A stretch of 64,000 bases of DNA from Negaprion brevirostris (Eukaryota). Position 1 is the stretch's first letter. The number at the start of each line of letters is the position of its first letter. Made by a program: the position numbers and the translations under genes. The stretch spans positions 138,472,084 through 138,536,083 of the forward strand of contig JARDVH010000001.1 of NCBI GenBank assembly GCA_030324005.1. Reading direction: 5' to 3'. Positions 25,905-39,054 of this stretch are shown here, in pieces. The notes beneath the pieces were generated by a model. The model was not told the origin of the DNA, made no database searches, and was given only the letters and a program-made list of their open reading frames with translations.

Positions 25905-26770
25905 TTTATTTTGATTTATTATTGTCACGTATATTAACATACAGTGAACATATAAACATACATAAAGTATTGTTACTTGCATGTTTTACAGACAAAACAC
26001 ACCATTCATAGAGAAGGAAACGAGAGAGTGCAGAATGTAGTGTTATAGTCGTAGCTAGGGTGTAGAGAAAGATCAACTTAANNNNNNNNNNNNNNNNNNN
26101 NNNNNNNNNNNNNNNNNNNNNNNNNNNNNNNNNNNNNNNNNNNNNNNNNNNNNNACCTCGGACTTTTGTATCTTTTTCCCAAAGCAAGAAGGTGGAAGAG
26201 AGAATGTCCGGGGGTGCGTGGGTCCTTAATTATGCTGGCAGCAGGAAGCATAGGCAGCCATTGGATGGGAGGCTGGTTTGCGTGATGGATTGGGCTACAT
26301 TGACGACTTTTTGTAGTTCTTTGCAGTCTTAGGCAGAGCAGGAGCCATAACCAAGCTGTGTTACAACCAGAAAGAATGCTTTCTATGGTGCATCTGTAAA
26401 AGTTGGTGAGAGTCGTAGCTGACGTGCCAAATTTTCTTAGTCTTCTGAGAAAGTAGAAGCATTGGTCGCTTTCTTAACTATAGTGTCGGCATGGGTGGGG
26501 GGCAGGACAGGTTGTTGGTTATCTGGGCACCTAAAAACTTGAAACTCTCAATCCTTTCTATTTCGTCCTCTTTGATGTAGACAGGGGCATGTTCACCTTT
26601 ACGCTTCCTGAAGTCGATGACAATCTCCTTTGTTCTGTTGTTATTGAGGAAGAAATTATTGCTGCTGCACCAGTTCACCAGATTCTCTGTCTCATTCTTC
26701 TGCTCAGTCTCTTCATTGTTTGAGATCCAACCCACTACGGTGGTGTTGTCAGCAAACTTGAATATCAAAT
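25905..26770 (-). mobile_element. Rex1/Babar LINE 3' fragment
   Basis: Peptide KFADNTTVVGWISNNEET...WCSSNNFFLN..RTKEIVIDFRK...ESFKFLGAQITNNLS; 3' tail gtgacaataataaatcaaa. Confidence 0.85.
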
Positions 26771-27765
26771 TGATACAGGCCCAGTATGCTTTGAAGTTGA
26801 GGTGTTGCGTTCTTAACGTTGTAGAGTCGTCTCTACGGCTGCGATGACTTCCACTGTTGAATTTCCAAAGTGAGGTTAGTAGGTGGAATCAGAGTTTACA
26901 GGAAGGAGCAAAGGTTCTTGTGGTTCTGCAAGTGTGGCACTTTCAAACTGCTTCATTACCTACAGCAGAAGCTATAGCTATTTCTAGATGCCTTTCTCTG
27001 TCTCTCTCTCTCTGGGTTGAAGGTTTTTCAAGGTGGCTGCCTTGGATTTGTCAGCTTCCTGCCCTTTTCACTGTCTTTTGCAGGTAAGGCAAGGTTGCCA
27101 GCATTATTATGTGACCTGTACAAGAACACTACATAATTTTCCATTTATGGAAAGTAGTAATTCCATTACAATTACTCTGTCTCCTTATCCCCCTCTAATA
27201 ATCAAAGGAGCCAAGGTGTGATCAACCTTGCTTAGTTTAAGCAACTAAACATTATAGTAGCTTAGTGTTTGGAGGAAAATCCATCAAGTCAATAAGTTTC
27301 TGTTTACTCTTGGAATGCTCATTGAATTTTAAATATATATGCCTGAGGATATCTCTTTGTCCGGCTGAAGCAGTTCCAACTGTTATCCACAAGGAGAAAG
27401 TTAAGAGACCCACAGAGTCCATTTTGGAAACTGTTTTTAAACTCAGTCCATGGAAGGTTTATAACGTGAGCATCAAAACCATTTTTTTCCAAAAGTTTGT
27501 AATATCATTACTGGGCATTTCAAAATACATGATACAACAGTTCGAATTTGCCATTACATGCAATTCAACTTCTTTGCCTTGCAACAGTTATGTTTGCAGG
27601 GAATTGTAGTTTTCATCCCTTAAGAAACCAAATTACCTTTTTGGAATATTGTTACTTTCTCTTAATAGAAATAATGGGAAAGATGTTCCAAACTTTCTTT
27701 GGTGTGCTCTAGTGTCCTACACTCATATTTACCTTCTTGTTTGCCTGTGTTTTTTTAAATGTCAA

Positions 27766-28145
27766 CCGTGGCTCAGTTGGTATCACTTACACCCCTGAGT
27801 CACAAGGTTTTGGGCCCAAGTTTCATGCCAGAACCTGAGCACAAAAATCAAACAGCACTGAGCAGTATTGGAAGTGCTATCTTTCAGTTCAGATGTTAAA
27901 CTGAGGCCCCATTTGCCTGATGGAGTGGACATAAAGGATCCCATGGTATGATTTTGAAGAGGAGCAGTGGTGTTAGCCCTGGTATACTGACCGATATTTA
28001 CTCCTCAATCAATATCACAAATTTTGATTATCAAGTCACTTTGTGTGCACATTGGCTGCTGAATTGCCTACAACATCAGAGTGGCTACACATTAAAAGTA
28101 CTTCATTGGCTGTAACATATTTTAAGACATTCAGTGGCCATGGAC
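27766..28145 (+). mobile_element. DeuSINE (SacSINE1/AmnSINE1-related)
   Basis: tRNA-like head gtggctcagttggta; Deu-domain gatgttaaactgaggcccc...aaaggatcccatgg...ttgaagaggagcag...attggctgctg...aaaagtacttcattggctgtaa. Confidence 0.8.
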
Positions 28146-29628
28146 GTGTGTGTGTGTATATGTGCACAACTAGATTAGGTAGGTTTGAAGTGAAGGCAAT
28201 TGTCAATATGGATTTCATGTCTGAACAAGTTAGAAGCAAAGCTTGATCCTCAAGACAATAGTGTCCTCACATTGGAAACATGTGTATGAGGAAGGTGTGA
28301 GCCACAGGGATGGGGGAGGAGATGGTTGAGAGGGGATAGAAAGGCAGCAGATATGACTCTTAAGCTTAAGAGATTCAAATACTTAAGACTTCTAAATAGT
28401 CATGTCTTTCATCTATTAAAAATTTTGTTTGTGCCATGACAAATATGTGCCTGTAAAACCTTAGGGGATACTGCTGAAACTTCTGGTTGTCTCTGAGCCT
28501 GGCAGCCTTCCCCTTTGCTTTCCCTTTTCCTTCCTTCCTCAATACTTCACTAATAGCTCCCTTGTTCCTGAAGAACAAAACTAGCAGTTAGTGGTCATTG
28601 AAGGAGAATCATTAAAAACAGGAATTGAGTAATTGTAAACAGGCTGCCCCATGCTCTCCAGCCCAAGGCACAGCAATCTTGTGTTCTCTGACAGACAGTA
28701 AAGGGAAAAAAAAGCAGCCTTTTTCAGACTTGAGATGAAGTTGTAGAATTCTGGGCCTATGTCCCAAGCTCAGAGTGTGATTGTTTGTGAGACTCCACGA
28801 GAAGTTACCGTGAATGCAAAAAGGGAAATTAAAACAGAAAAAATGTCACTTGAGGTTGCTTGACGTTTCTCGTTTGCTGTCCTGTAAGTTAAGTATCCCC
28901 TGATCATAAAGCCATTACAATTTCCTGCTGCTTTTTTTTTTACAATGTTTTCCCTCTGCTTGAAAGACCTGTTATTGACTGTTGCAAAATACCTAGCACC
29001 ACAAAAATGTAGTTTTAAATTCCTGCTATTTAAAAAAACAGTTGAGGTTTCTCTTTTTGAAATGGATTTTCATTTATGCCAGGATATCCGGTGTTTTCTC
29101 CTTTTACAACAAGCTAAGTTTGTGTCCTGTTTTCTCCTCCACGTGGATTTTCTATATATTTGTTAAACAGTAAACAGCCTTGTCACTTTTATTTAAGTGT
29201 CATAGATAGGAAAGCAACACATTGGAATACAAATGTTTCAGTTGCTAAATGATATTAACATGGGCAAAGTCAGAGTACAACAAAATACGAAAAAGACTTT
29301 CAAGATTTGACAAGCCACTAAATTTTTTGGTAGTAAAATTATGCTCGTGATGTATCCAATAAATGTAATAAGTATATAAATGCTGTTCTATCTTTCAAAC
29401 TTAAAGCTTTTTGTGTCTGCAATATCATTGAATCCCTGCCATTAATTGTAGAATCAGACACAATGGATAGAAATTTCGGCCCCAACTTAGGTGGTGGGTG
29501 CATAATTTTGTGCTGCTAACCAGCATGTCAGTTGCCATCACCATTCCACTCCTGGTTGTTTTCCCAGAGATGAAATTAGGAGCAGAATTTTCCTGTTGGC
29601 CTCTGGGCCCCCTGTGGTGCTTGAAATG

Positions 29629-29860
29629 GTAAGAAATCTCACAACACCAGGTTAAAGTCCAACAGGTTCATTTGTAGCAAATGCTACAAAAGTGGCATTT
29701 GCTACAAATAAATCTGTTNNNNNNNNNNNNNNNNNNNNNNNNNNNNNNNNNNNNNNNNNNNNNNNNNNNNNNNNNNNNNNNNNNNNNNNNNNNNNNNNNN
29801 NNNNNNNNNNNNNNNNNNTTGACTTTAACCTGGTGTTGTGAGACTTCTTATTGTGCTTAC
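29629..29860. mobile_element. Penelope-like family 2 fold-back
   Basis: gtaagaaatctcacaacaccaggttaaagtc pairs with gactttaacctggtgttgtgagacttctta; centre atttgtagcaaatgctac-aaaa-gtggcatttgctacaaat. Confidence 0.8.
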
Positions 29861-30332
29861 TCCATATAATGCCTGCAATGGATCAGCTACCTGGAGGTGG
29901 CTTTCTTGCAGTAGATTGGGATAGAAGTAGTCGAAGCAGGCTTTGAGGCTCCCCGACCCGGTCATTGCTGCGGATTCTCCCAGTCACGATGGTCCTGTAG
30001 CTGTGGCCATTTTGAAATTCAAAGGTAGTTACAAGTTGTTCAGAGGGCACCTCGAGATGGAAGTGCCCTCTTTTCCCCTTACCTGCAATGGCAAGGTGGC
30101 AGTTGCTTCCATGCTACAGGGCTTTCTATTGCTCTTCCAACTTTGTGAACTTTTTTGCTGTTCTTAATTGATGGTGAGCCCATCCTCCAGCTACGAATTG
30201 ACCAGTTTAGGGAAAAGCATTGCTAGATGATTTCCCTGCACAGTGTATTTGGGAACTGAGAAATAACTGCAACTCCCTTGTCATTGGTACAATAGATTCA
30301 ATTTGGGAAATAATTGATATAGCTATCAAATA

Positions 30333-30900
30333 GAATCATAGATTGATTATCACACAGTCATAAATCATTTGGCCCATCATATCTGTGCCAACACTTTAAT
30401 AAAGCCATCCAATTAGTTTCTTTCTCCTGCTCTGTCCCCATAGGCCTGTACTTTTCTCTTTGTCAAGTATTTATCCAATTTCCTTTTTAAACACACTAAT
30501 CTGCTTCCACCACACTTTCAGGTAGTGCATTTCAGATGATAACAACATGCTGCAAAAAACTTCTTTCCTCATGTCACCTCTGGCTGTTACATAAATGTGT
30601 CTCCTTTGGATATGACCCTTCAGATTTTTCTTTATTTACTCCTACATGACCTTATAAAATCCTACATGATTTTGAATATCTCCATTCACTCTTCCCTACT
30701 GTAAGGAGAACATTCCCAGCTTTATTCTACAGGCTCCCTATAGAACTATATGTCCTGCTTCCATGGTGCCATTTGAGCCAATCTGCTCTGCAAGGCCTTC
30801 TTCCTAAAGTGTGTTGCCTAGAATTGGTCACAATATTCCAACTGGGATTAAACTGGTATGTAAAATGGTTCATCAAAACTTCCTTGCTTTTGCACTCTGT
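30333..30900 (-). mobile_element. Old CR1 3' fragment
   Basis: tagaatcatag...catttggcccatc...ggagaacattcccagc...cctagaattggtcacaatattccaactg. Confidence 0.65.
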
Positions 30901-31087
30901 AGTCACAGTCTATTTCTACCCATCTTCTTCTTAATGAAGACAGGTGCAAAGTACTGACTTAGTACCTCTGTCTACACAAGAAGATCTTCTTTTGGAATCT
31001 AATGAACCCCACTTTTTTTCTTTATTGCCTTTGTTACTATTTAAAGACTTTTGGACTCCGTCTTGTGATAATCTAACCTCCTTCATG

Positions 31088-32890
31088 TCACACTATTGTT
31101 ACAGCGCAATTCAACCTGCCATGTTTGCACTAGTTCTCTGAATGAGCAATTCATCTGGTACCATTCCTCTGACCTCTGCCTTTGCCCTGTATCCCTGCGT
31201 TTTCTTCCTTTTCATATAAAAGTCTGTTTCCATTTTGAATGTCTGAATTGAACCTGCTTCCACCAGGTTCAAAAAGAACATTCCAGATTCCAAATACTCA
31301 GTGCATGAAAAATTTCTCTTCATGTTGCTGCTACTTCTTTACTATAAATCTGTCATAACTCATCCACGATCCTTCCACGAGCAGGAACATTTTCTCCCTA
31401 TCTACTCAGTCCAAACCTTTTGTGTTTTTTTTTACCTCAATCAAATCTCCTCTCAACCTTCTCTCGCTCAAAGGAACACAATCCTAACTTCTCCGATCTT
31501 TCTTCATAACTATAGTTCTTAGGAACTATTTTATGAATTGTTTCTGCAATTTCTCTAATACTATCACTTCTTCCCTCATGCCTGGCATTCAGAACTGTAT
31601 GCAGTATTCCAACAGAGGTCTAATTAGTATTTTATATGAGTTGAACATAACCTTGTTGCTCTTGCACTCATTGTCTCTATAAATAAAGCCTAGGATACAA
31701 TATGCTTTATTAACCAGACTCTCAATCTGCCCTGCCACTGTTAATAACTTGTATACATGTACAACAGGTCCCTCTGCACTTGCATCCCTTTCAGAGTTGT
31801 TCATTTTACATTCCTGCTGTGTTCTTCCTACCAAAATGAATGGGGTGGCACAGTGCTTAGCACTGCTGCCTTACAGCGCCAAGGACCTAGGTTCGATTCC
31901 TGATCTGAGTCAATGCCTGTGTGGAGTTTGCACATTCTCCCCTGTCTACGTGGGTTTCCTCTGTGGTCTGGTTTCCTCCCACAGCCCAGAGATTGCAGGT
32001 TAGGTGGATTGGCCATGATAAATTGCCCCTTAGTGTCAGGGGGACTAGCTAGGGTAAATGCATAGTTATGGGGATAGGACCTGGATGGAACTGTGGTTGG
32101 TGCAGACTTGATGGGCTGAACGGCCTCGTCCTGCACTGTAGGATTCTGTGATTCTATTAGTTCACATTTCTCCACATTGAACTTCATCTGCTACTTGTCT
32201 GCCTATTTCACAAACTTGTCTATATCCTTTTGAAGATCTACAGTTTCTTCCCCACAATTCACAATGCTTCCAAGTTTTGTTTGATTTGCAAATTTTGAAA
32301 TTGTGCCTGGTATACCAAAGTCTAGGTCATTAATATGCAAGAGTCCCAATTCTGACCCCATAGAAAAATCCATAATAAACCTTCCTCCAGCCCGAAAGGC
32401 GTCCATTAACCATTACTCTCTGTTTCCTGTCACTCAGCTAATTTCATACACCTTTTATTACATGAACTCTAATTTTGCTTATAGATCTGCTGTGTGGCAT
32501 TGAGCCAAAAGCCTTTTGGAAGTCCATGTACACCATATCATTGGGATCACCCTTGTCAACCCTCTTTATTATCTCTTTAAAAACTCTAGCAAATTAGTTA
32601 AACATGACTTGTCTTCAACAAATTGGTATAGGCTTCCCTTAATTACCCCGCATTTGTCCATGTAATTATTGATTTTGTTCAGAATTAACAGATTAACCTG
32701 TGGTTGCTGGGGTTATCTTTTTTGAACAAGGGGTTGTTACATTTTGCAATTCTCTGGTCTTCTGGAACCATCCCTGAGTTTAAAGAAGACTGAAAAATTA
32801 TGGCCATTCCTCCACAATTTCCATTCTCCCTCAGTATCCTTGAATGCATTTCATCCAGTGCTGGTGATTTATCAACATTAAGTTTAGGTA
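31088..32890 (-). mobile_element. CR1 LINE ORF2 remnant containing a SINE insertion
   Basis: Peptides KAYCILGFI...YKILIRPLLEYCIQF, MKFNVEKCELI, TISKFANQTKLG, DKSPALDEMHSRILRE, IIFQSSLNSGMVPED. Confidence 0.88.
31842..32157 (+). mobile_element. HE1-like SINE, tail type B, nested in CR1
   Basis: gtggcacagtgcttagcactgctgccttacagcgccaaggacctaggttcgattcc...ctgcactgtaggattctgtgattcta. Confidence 0.9.
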
Positions 32891-33231
32891 GTGTCATGAA
32901 ATCCATTTTTTACCTCTCTTTCCTAAATTGGCAGTCTTTGGAGATTGTAACAGTTAAGATACAGAATGTTTCTATCTGTGTTACATTGGTTCTTGCCCAG
33001 GAACAAGGGTGGGACCCTCTTGGGGTATTGTGATAGGTCAGAAGATCAGTTCAAGGGTCAATGAACCACAGTTCAGAGGCAGTCAGTTTCAGGGAGTCAG
33101 CCAGCAAGTGTGACAGAGAAGGGGACAGACAGAGGTCTCAGTTAAACTAAAGGATGAGCTGTTATTTTACCAGCCTCTGCTAGGATAATTAGGTCCCTAC
33201 ATTTTTCCTTTACTATTTTCTTTAATAACTT

Positions 33232-33857
33232 GCGCTAAATCTTCTGAGGAGTGGCAATCACCATCAAATTGCCACTTCACTCCTAATTAACCTGCACTGG
33301 AGTTCTACACTTCTCGCTCAGACTTCTGAACCATGGCCTGCTTAGAACGTGGAGTATACCAGCTTCTGGAGTCCGTCCTTCCTAGTGTAGGTTTGTCACA
33401 GGAAGTCAAAAAATAACCCTTTTTAGCTGTAAATGTCCCAAAACCACTTAGAGAAGCAAAGGGAGAAGGTAAATGTCTAAGGTAAGTTAGTAGGGCTGTA
33501 GTTGGGAGGGAGTGGGGATACTTGAGAGGATGAGGGTTTTTTTGGGGGGGTGTAAGAGGATGGTCAAGGGGGTGTAGAGGTTGTCCAAGGGATTGTGTGT
33601 TAGTTGGGAGTTGGGGAGGGTAATCGGGGTATCAGCAATTTTGTTACCCAGGAATTAGAATTGGCTTCAATCCTTCTAACTTCTCCTGGGAGCTATTCTC
33701 AAAAGTATGAACACTCTGAATATAAATCAAGAGTTTTGGAGGATTCCAGGCATAGGGTAACGGCCATCAGAAGTTGAAGCTTCCTGAGCAATTCCTGCAG
33801 ATCTTTGCAACGGTAATTCTAAGGGGAAACAATCCTGATACCGGAAGATTTGGACGC
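33232..33857. mobile_element. Short-TIR non-autonomous element with G-rich interior
   Basis: gcgctaaatcttc ... ggaagatttggacgc. Confidence 0.45.
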
Positions 33858-35372
33858 TTTTTCTCAAATTTGGTACGTCTAAGCCTCGGTTATTGCTGCT
33901 GCATTATAATGCCATGTGACTAATTGTGCCTGCACATCTCCCATCTTATTTATCTCTCACAGTACAATTTGTGCACTTGCGCAGTAAACCCACTAGTTTG
34001 TTTTGCATTTCTCCTATGTTCAATCCTTCCTACTTCTAAACTAAGCCATATATATATTTTACATAGATATCCACATATGGATGTATAATATGTAAAATGA
34101 CTACTATATATATCTATATTCCATATGAATTCTTATTAATTCTTATTCATCTCTGCTAGTTTTTAGTTTCAGACTTTCCTAAATGATTGTTTTGGATGGT
34201 GATTTATCTCTGATCAATTGTTAGCTCTTTTTTATATGTTTCGAAGATCAGAAAAAATGATTTTACACCTATAAGCACTGACCTTGCAGTTTTTATGAGT
34301 TAATCATTTTTCCCAAAGGAATTGAATGATTCAGTAAAAATATTTTAGAACAGTATTTCCTGGCAAGATGATTGAATTCATTTTGCTTTTAATGGACCTC
34401 TTGGACAAAACTTCACCAGCTTTATGAAGATTTGTCACTTGTAAAGCAACAAATGCTAAGTGCAGATCATTTTTTTCTTCTTGTAAAGACATTTTCAAGG
34501 TATTTTTGAAATCTCCATTCTTATAGTGCCAAGTACATTCATGAGGAATATTGTCACGTAGATGAACAGCACATCCTATTTAGTCACGCCTATTTATAAT
34601 GTCAGTGCTCTGCACCTGTTGTCTATGGGAAGTTCTGTGGGAATATATGCAATTCCTGGTGTTACTTATTGTTGTCCTGGGAACAGGATTTACTGCAGAT
34701 TTTCTGCGATTGGAAAACTGTGCAGTGCTGGAAAGAATCAAAGTGAATGACGCACTGAAGCTACGTCATGAATGAAGCTTTCTTATGAATAAGGCTGTTA
34801 ACCATGATTTCAAATACCTCAGTGAATATGTGGCAGTGAATTGAATGGTGGAGATTATAGGATGTTTAAAAGTATGAAAGGAGACTATAAAGTAGATTGA
34901 AGGATCTCTAATGAGGGGACATAGATATGAAATTGTTATGATTAGGTGAGGAGCAGAAGGAGGCTTCCCTTTTCCCCCATTCCTTGTTTTACTGCAACAG
35001 CTTTGTTTTTTAAATAGACACGTTTTCAAATTCAATGAGTATTTAACTGTTTATGTGCTGTGACTGTAAAAGCCACACATAGTCAGGTTTCCTTTGCATT
35101 TGTTCAACAAGAAAAAAGCATACTTTTTATTGTGCTTAACCACGTCTAACAAAAGTAATAAAAACACTCAAACTTTCATACAAACACAATGCAAAATTAA
35201 TTCACACCCACACACAGATCAATCATAGCATGGAAAGATAGATTTAGAAATTAAACGTCTAGTAAAGTTAAAAGGGTACAGCTTGTCAGGGGTTGGTGAC
35301 TTGCCTGGCTTCAGACTGAAATCGCTAGTCTTCTGGGCTCAAAATTGAGGCAGTGAAGATACTGATGGTTAG

Positions 35373-35665
35373 TAGAATCATAGAATCCTACAGTGTCAAG
35401 GGAGGCCTTTGGCCCATCAAGTCTGCACTGACCACAATCCCAAGCCCCATGCATTTACCCTAGCTAGTCCCCCTGACATTAAGGGGCAATTTAGCATGTC
35501 TAATCCACCTAACCTACACATCTTTGGACTCTGGGGGGAAACCAGAGCACCTGGAGGAAACCCACGCAGACACACAGAGAATGTGCAAACTCTACATAGA
35601 CAGTGAACCAAGCTGGGAATTGAACCCAGGTCCCTGACACTGTGATGCAGCAATCCTAACCACTG
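35373..35665 (-). mobile_element. HE1-like SINE, tail type B
   Basis: tagaatcatagaatcctacagtg...ggaggaaacccacgcagacac...gaattgaacccaggtccctg. Confidence 0.88.
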
Positions 35666-36324
35666 GTTGATTTATCTTTCCTACAAGAGACAGCAGCTGC
35701 TAGGTTGATTCTTTTCTCTCTGCCTGCAACACATGGATATTCAACTAGCTGACAGGGCTCAAAACTTGCAAGTTGGATGGAGAAGAAGGGAGAGAATACC
35801 ACTTAGCATCTTGCTTCTTCAGCATCTCATTTACTTGTGCTACAGTCTGCAGAAAAACATTTGCTTAAACACAAAAAAGGGCGATCTGGCTTGTTGCATG
35901 ACCATCTCTCTCCAACTGCCTAGGGACCCAAATATGGCCATGGCTAATGAATTCCAGTTCCCTGGTTTATATAAATAGATTATATCTGGGTACATTCCTT
36001 TCATAACCAGAATTGCATTGTCCAAGAAATTACGTTGAATGGCTTGTCTCCCACACAGTTGAGTGTCCAGGTCGAAATGCTTTGCTAATGGTGTAGTAGA
36101 CCCAATCCGTCACTACTTCAAGGTAATTGGTCTTTTTCAGACAGGTTGTCTCCATTTTATTGGCTTTGGAATGTAAAAGATACAGTGATGCTAATGTTCA
36201 ATCATCTTTGGGAGTACAATTTCAAATCATTGACCTCAGTGTGGCCTTGGTTTATTAAAATTCAATTAGGGGTTTCCAGCCAATAAATTCAGGAAATAAT
36301 TTTTAATAAAAAGCAGGGTTTCAG

Positions 36325-36570
36325 GATAAAATGTTGAACTAATTTAAGATAACGAGCAGGTTTTTTTTTATTCGAGGGCTGTGAGAGGATGTGGGAAGTA
36401 TCACCGAGTTTACTTAATGAGGTAGAGACCATGACAACATTTAAGAACAGATTTGATCGCAGTTAATTAAAAGTAGTAAAGGGAAAAGGGAATAGAGTTG
36501 AGTGGAATTATGGCTACTGGTCATTTGGAAGATAACCATCACACACTATTTGGGCTGAACACTCTTGACA
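36325..36570 (+). mobile_element. Old CR1 3' end fragment
   Basis: gagggctgtgagaggatgtgggaa...ggtagagacc..acaacatttaaga...ttgggctgaa. Confidence 0.5.
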
Positions 36571-36589
36571 AAATCTTGCTGCTGTTCAT

Positions 36590-36777
36590 ACTGCTGGGAT
36601 CTTATGGTCCCGCCGATGACGAGTCCCACTAATGATGCACCCCCCTCCATGGTTTTCCGGCGGAGAGGTGTGCGTTCAACAGAAAACCCCATTGATAATG
36701 GTGGGACCATAGCAAGCAGTGTGCAGGCTCCTCCTGTTGCAAAACACACCATGGAGAGGGAGCAAAAAACCTGCCCC
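36590..36777. mobile_element. ~190-bp MITE-like element, related copy at 62909-63095 in opposite orientation
   Basis: Internal inverted motif tatggtccc / gggaccata; ccccattgataatggtgggaccata matches the reverse complement of tatggtccgcccattgtcaatggag. Confidence 0.6.
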
Positions 36778-36845
36778 TCGTTTCTATGCTATCATTTCTA
36801 TATAATTTTCTATGTCAAAATAGTAGTTTGGTTGTTGACTTTCTA

Positions 36846-37863
36846 AAACCATTAGAAGATGCCCTTTTATGATAAGCCCACAATCTGTTACAAAATGGGT
36901 ATCAGTCTCGCACACATCAATAGTCTTGCGTGCATAGCTTTCAGCTAACTACTTTTGAGTGTTTTTGAACATGGTCCCTGACAAGTGAACATTAACTCAA
37001 GGATAGTCAAAGCAGGCTGGAAAGCATCACTGATATTTAGCATGAAGTCAATGACGCACTTAAAACTTGAAAGAGCGGGTAATATGCTGAAGCCAATGCT
37101 GAAACAGGTTTAAAAAATGACACTTTTATTCACAAACCATTACAGTAAAGAGGTAGAATTGAATAATCTTTGAATCAGTCTGAGCTTTTTCCAGAAAACT
37201 TAAGGCAGGAGGCCAACCCTACCATCCTGCTGGCAATTTCATCCCTCCAGTCAATCTGTTCAATACCTCAGTATGGTCGTCTATTAAATATTATCACTTT
37301 TCTTATTATTATCTGAACATTTTTTTTAACTGAGTGGAATTGAATCCATGATCGAGCTTTGCCGTTTGTACAGTTGTTTGTGTGCTTGCAAACTTAAAAC
37401 CAGTCTCACTCGATACCCATCATCTATCAGTTATTTTCAGTTATTTTAACTGGTTAATTAATGACTTAATTTTTTTCAATGGCTTTTCTTCCAGTTTCTG
37501 CAACAGTGCCACTGATGTGTGCCACCAAGGAACACCACCACCACCACCAACGCCTCTTTCCCCACCACCACCACGCCCCTCATGCCCCCCACCATCTACA
37601 TATTGCCCCTCGGGGATATTGTCCAAACGCATGGCATTAGTTTTAAGGTGTGTGCTGAGGACATCCAACTTTACCAGATGTGAGTTCATACTTTGGTGTT
37701 CATGCTTCCACTAAGACCAGCTATTTCCACAAACCATTAGAAGATGCCCTTTTATGATAAGCCCACAATCTGTTACAAAATGGGTATCAGTCTCACACAC
37801 ATCAATAGTCTTGCGTGCATAGCTTTCAGCTAACTACTTTTGAGTGTTTTTGAACATGGTCCC
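36846..37863 (+). repeat. Direct duplication: 133 bp at 36846-36978 repeated at 37731-37863, then a gap
   Basis: aaaccattagaagatgccc...gaacatggtccc occurs twice, 885 bp apart, with one visible mismatch (tctcgcac versus tctcacac). Confidence 0.9.
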
Positions 37864-38399
37864 NNNNNNNNNNNNNNNNNNNNNNNNNNNNNNNNNNNNN
37901 NNNNNNNNNNNNNNNNNNNNNNNNNNNNNNNNNNNNNNNNNNNNNNNNNNNNNNNNNNNNNNNNNNNNNNNNNNNNNNNNNNNNNNNNNNNNNNNNNNNN
38001 NNNNNNNNNNNNNNNNNNNNNNNNNNNNNNNNNNNNNNNNNNNNNNNNNNNNNNNNNNNNNNNNNNNNNNNNNNNNNNNNNNNNNNNNNNNNNNNNNNNN
38101 NNNNNNNNNNNNNNNNNNNNNNNNNNNNNNNNNNNNNNNNNNNNNNNNNNNNNNNNNNNNNNNNNNNNNNNNNNNNNNNNNNNNNNNNNNNNNNNNNNNN
38201 NNNNNNNNNNNNNNNNNNNNNNNNNNNNNNNNNNNNNNNNNNNNNNNNNNNNNNNNNNNNNNNNNNNNNNNNNNNNNNNNNNNNNNNNNNNNNNNNNNNN
38301 NNNNNNNNNNNNNNNNNNNNNNNNNNNNNNNNNNNNNNNNNNNNNNNNNNNNNNNNNNNNNNNNNNNNNNNNNNNNNNNNNNNNNNNNNNNNNNNNNNN

Positions 38400-38757
38400 G
38401 GAGCCATACCTAGCTGTGATTCAACCAGAAAGAATGTTTTCTATGGTACATCTGTAGAAGTTGGTGAGAGTTGTAGTGAACATACCAAATTTCCTTAGTC
38501 TCCTGAGAAAGTGGGCTTACTTAACAATAGTGTCTGCGTGGATGGACCAGGGCAGGTTGTTGGTGACTCGTATACCTAAAACCTTAAAGCTTTCGACCAT
38601 TTTCACTTCGTCCCCATTGATGAAGACAGAAGCATGCCCTCCACTATTCTTCCTGAAATCAATGACTATCTCCCTCATTCTGTTGACATTGAAGGAGAGA
38701 TTATTATTGCCGCAGCAGTTCATCAGATTCTCTGTCTTTCCTGTACTCTGTCTCGTC
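38400..38757 (-). mobile_element. Rex1/Babar LINE fragment
   Basis: Peptide NNNLSFNVNRMREIVIDFRK...VFINGDEVKMVESFKVLGIRVTNNLPWSIHADTIVK; same family as 25905. Confidence 0.85.
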
Positions 38758-38834
38758 TAGATTATCTCTAGAATCAACTATTTCAATGCATTTCTATCAG
38801 ATTTCCCATTCTACCCTCTGTTAACAAGATGAAG

Positions 38835-39045
38835 TGTTAGCTCATTTGGCTAGACTGTGAGCAGAATGATGCCAATGTGCAGGTTCAACCCTCATACTGG
38901 CTGTGGTAGTTCATAGAGGGGCTACCTGTTTGCCCTGCCTCATGCTTGATGCAGAGTGGTGTCCCTCATGCTATATAACCATTTGACTCTCTAACAGAGA
39001 GAGATGTCTATGGTCCCTTGTGGACTTGGCTAATCACCTTATGAC
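38835..39045 (+). mobile_element. Second tRNA-derived SINE family, diverged copy
   Basis: gttagctcatttggctaga...caggttcaaccctcatactggctg...gtggtgtccctcatg; related to 13250-13470. Confidence 0.5.
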
Positions 39046-39054
39046 TTAAGCCTG

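Noticed and set aside
35060-36330. Other possible solo LTRs (also ~10185-11130, ~25681-27505, ~32946-33200, ~44400-44940)
   Set aside because: They have an LTR-like texture, but I could not establish both TG/CA ends and a TSD.
37382-37714. Proline-rich ORF and its glycine-rich antisense ORF
   Set aside because: Both are explained by a (CCA)n-like low-complexity tract; no recognisable domain or splice context.
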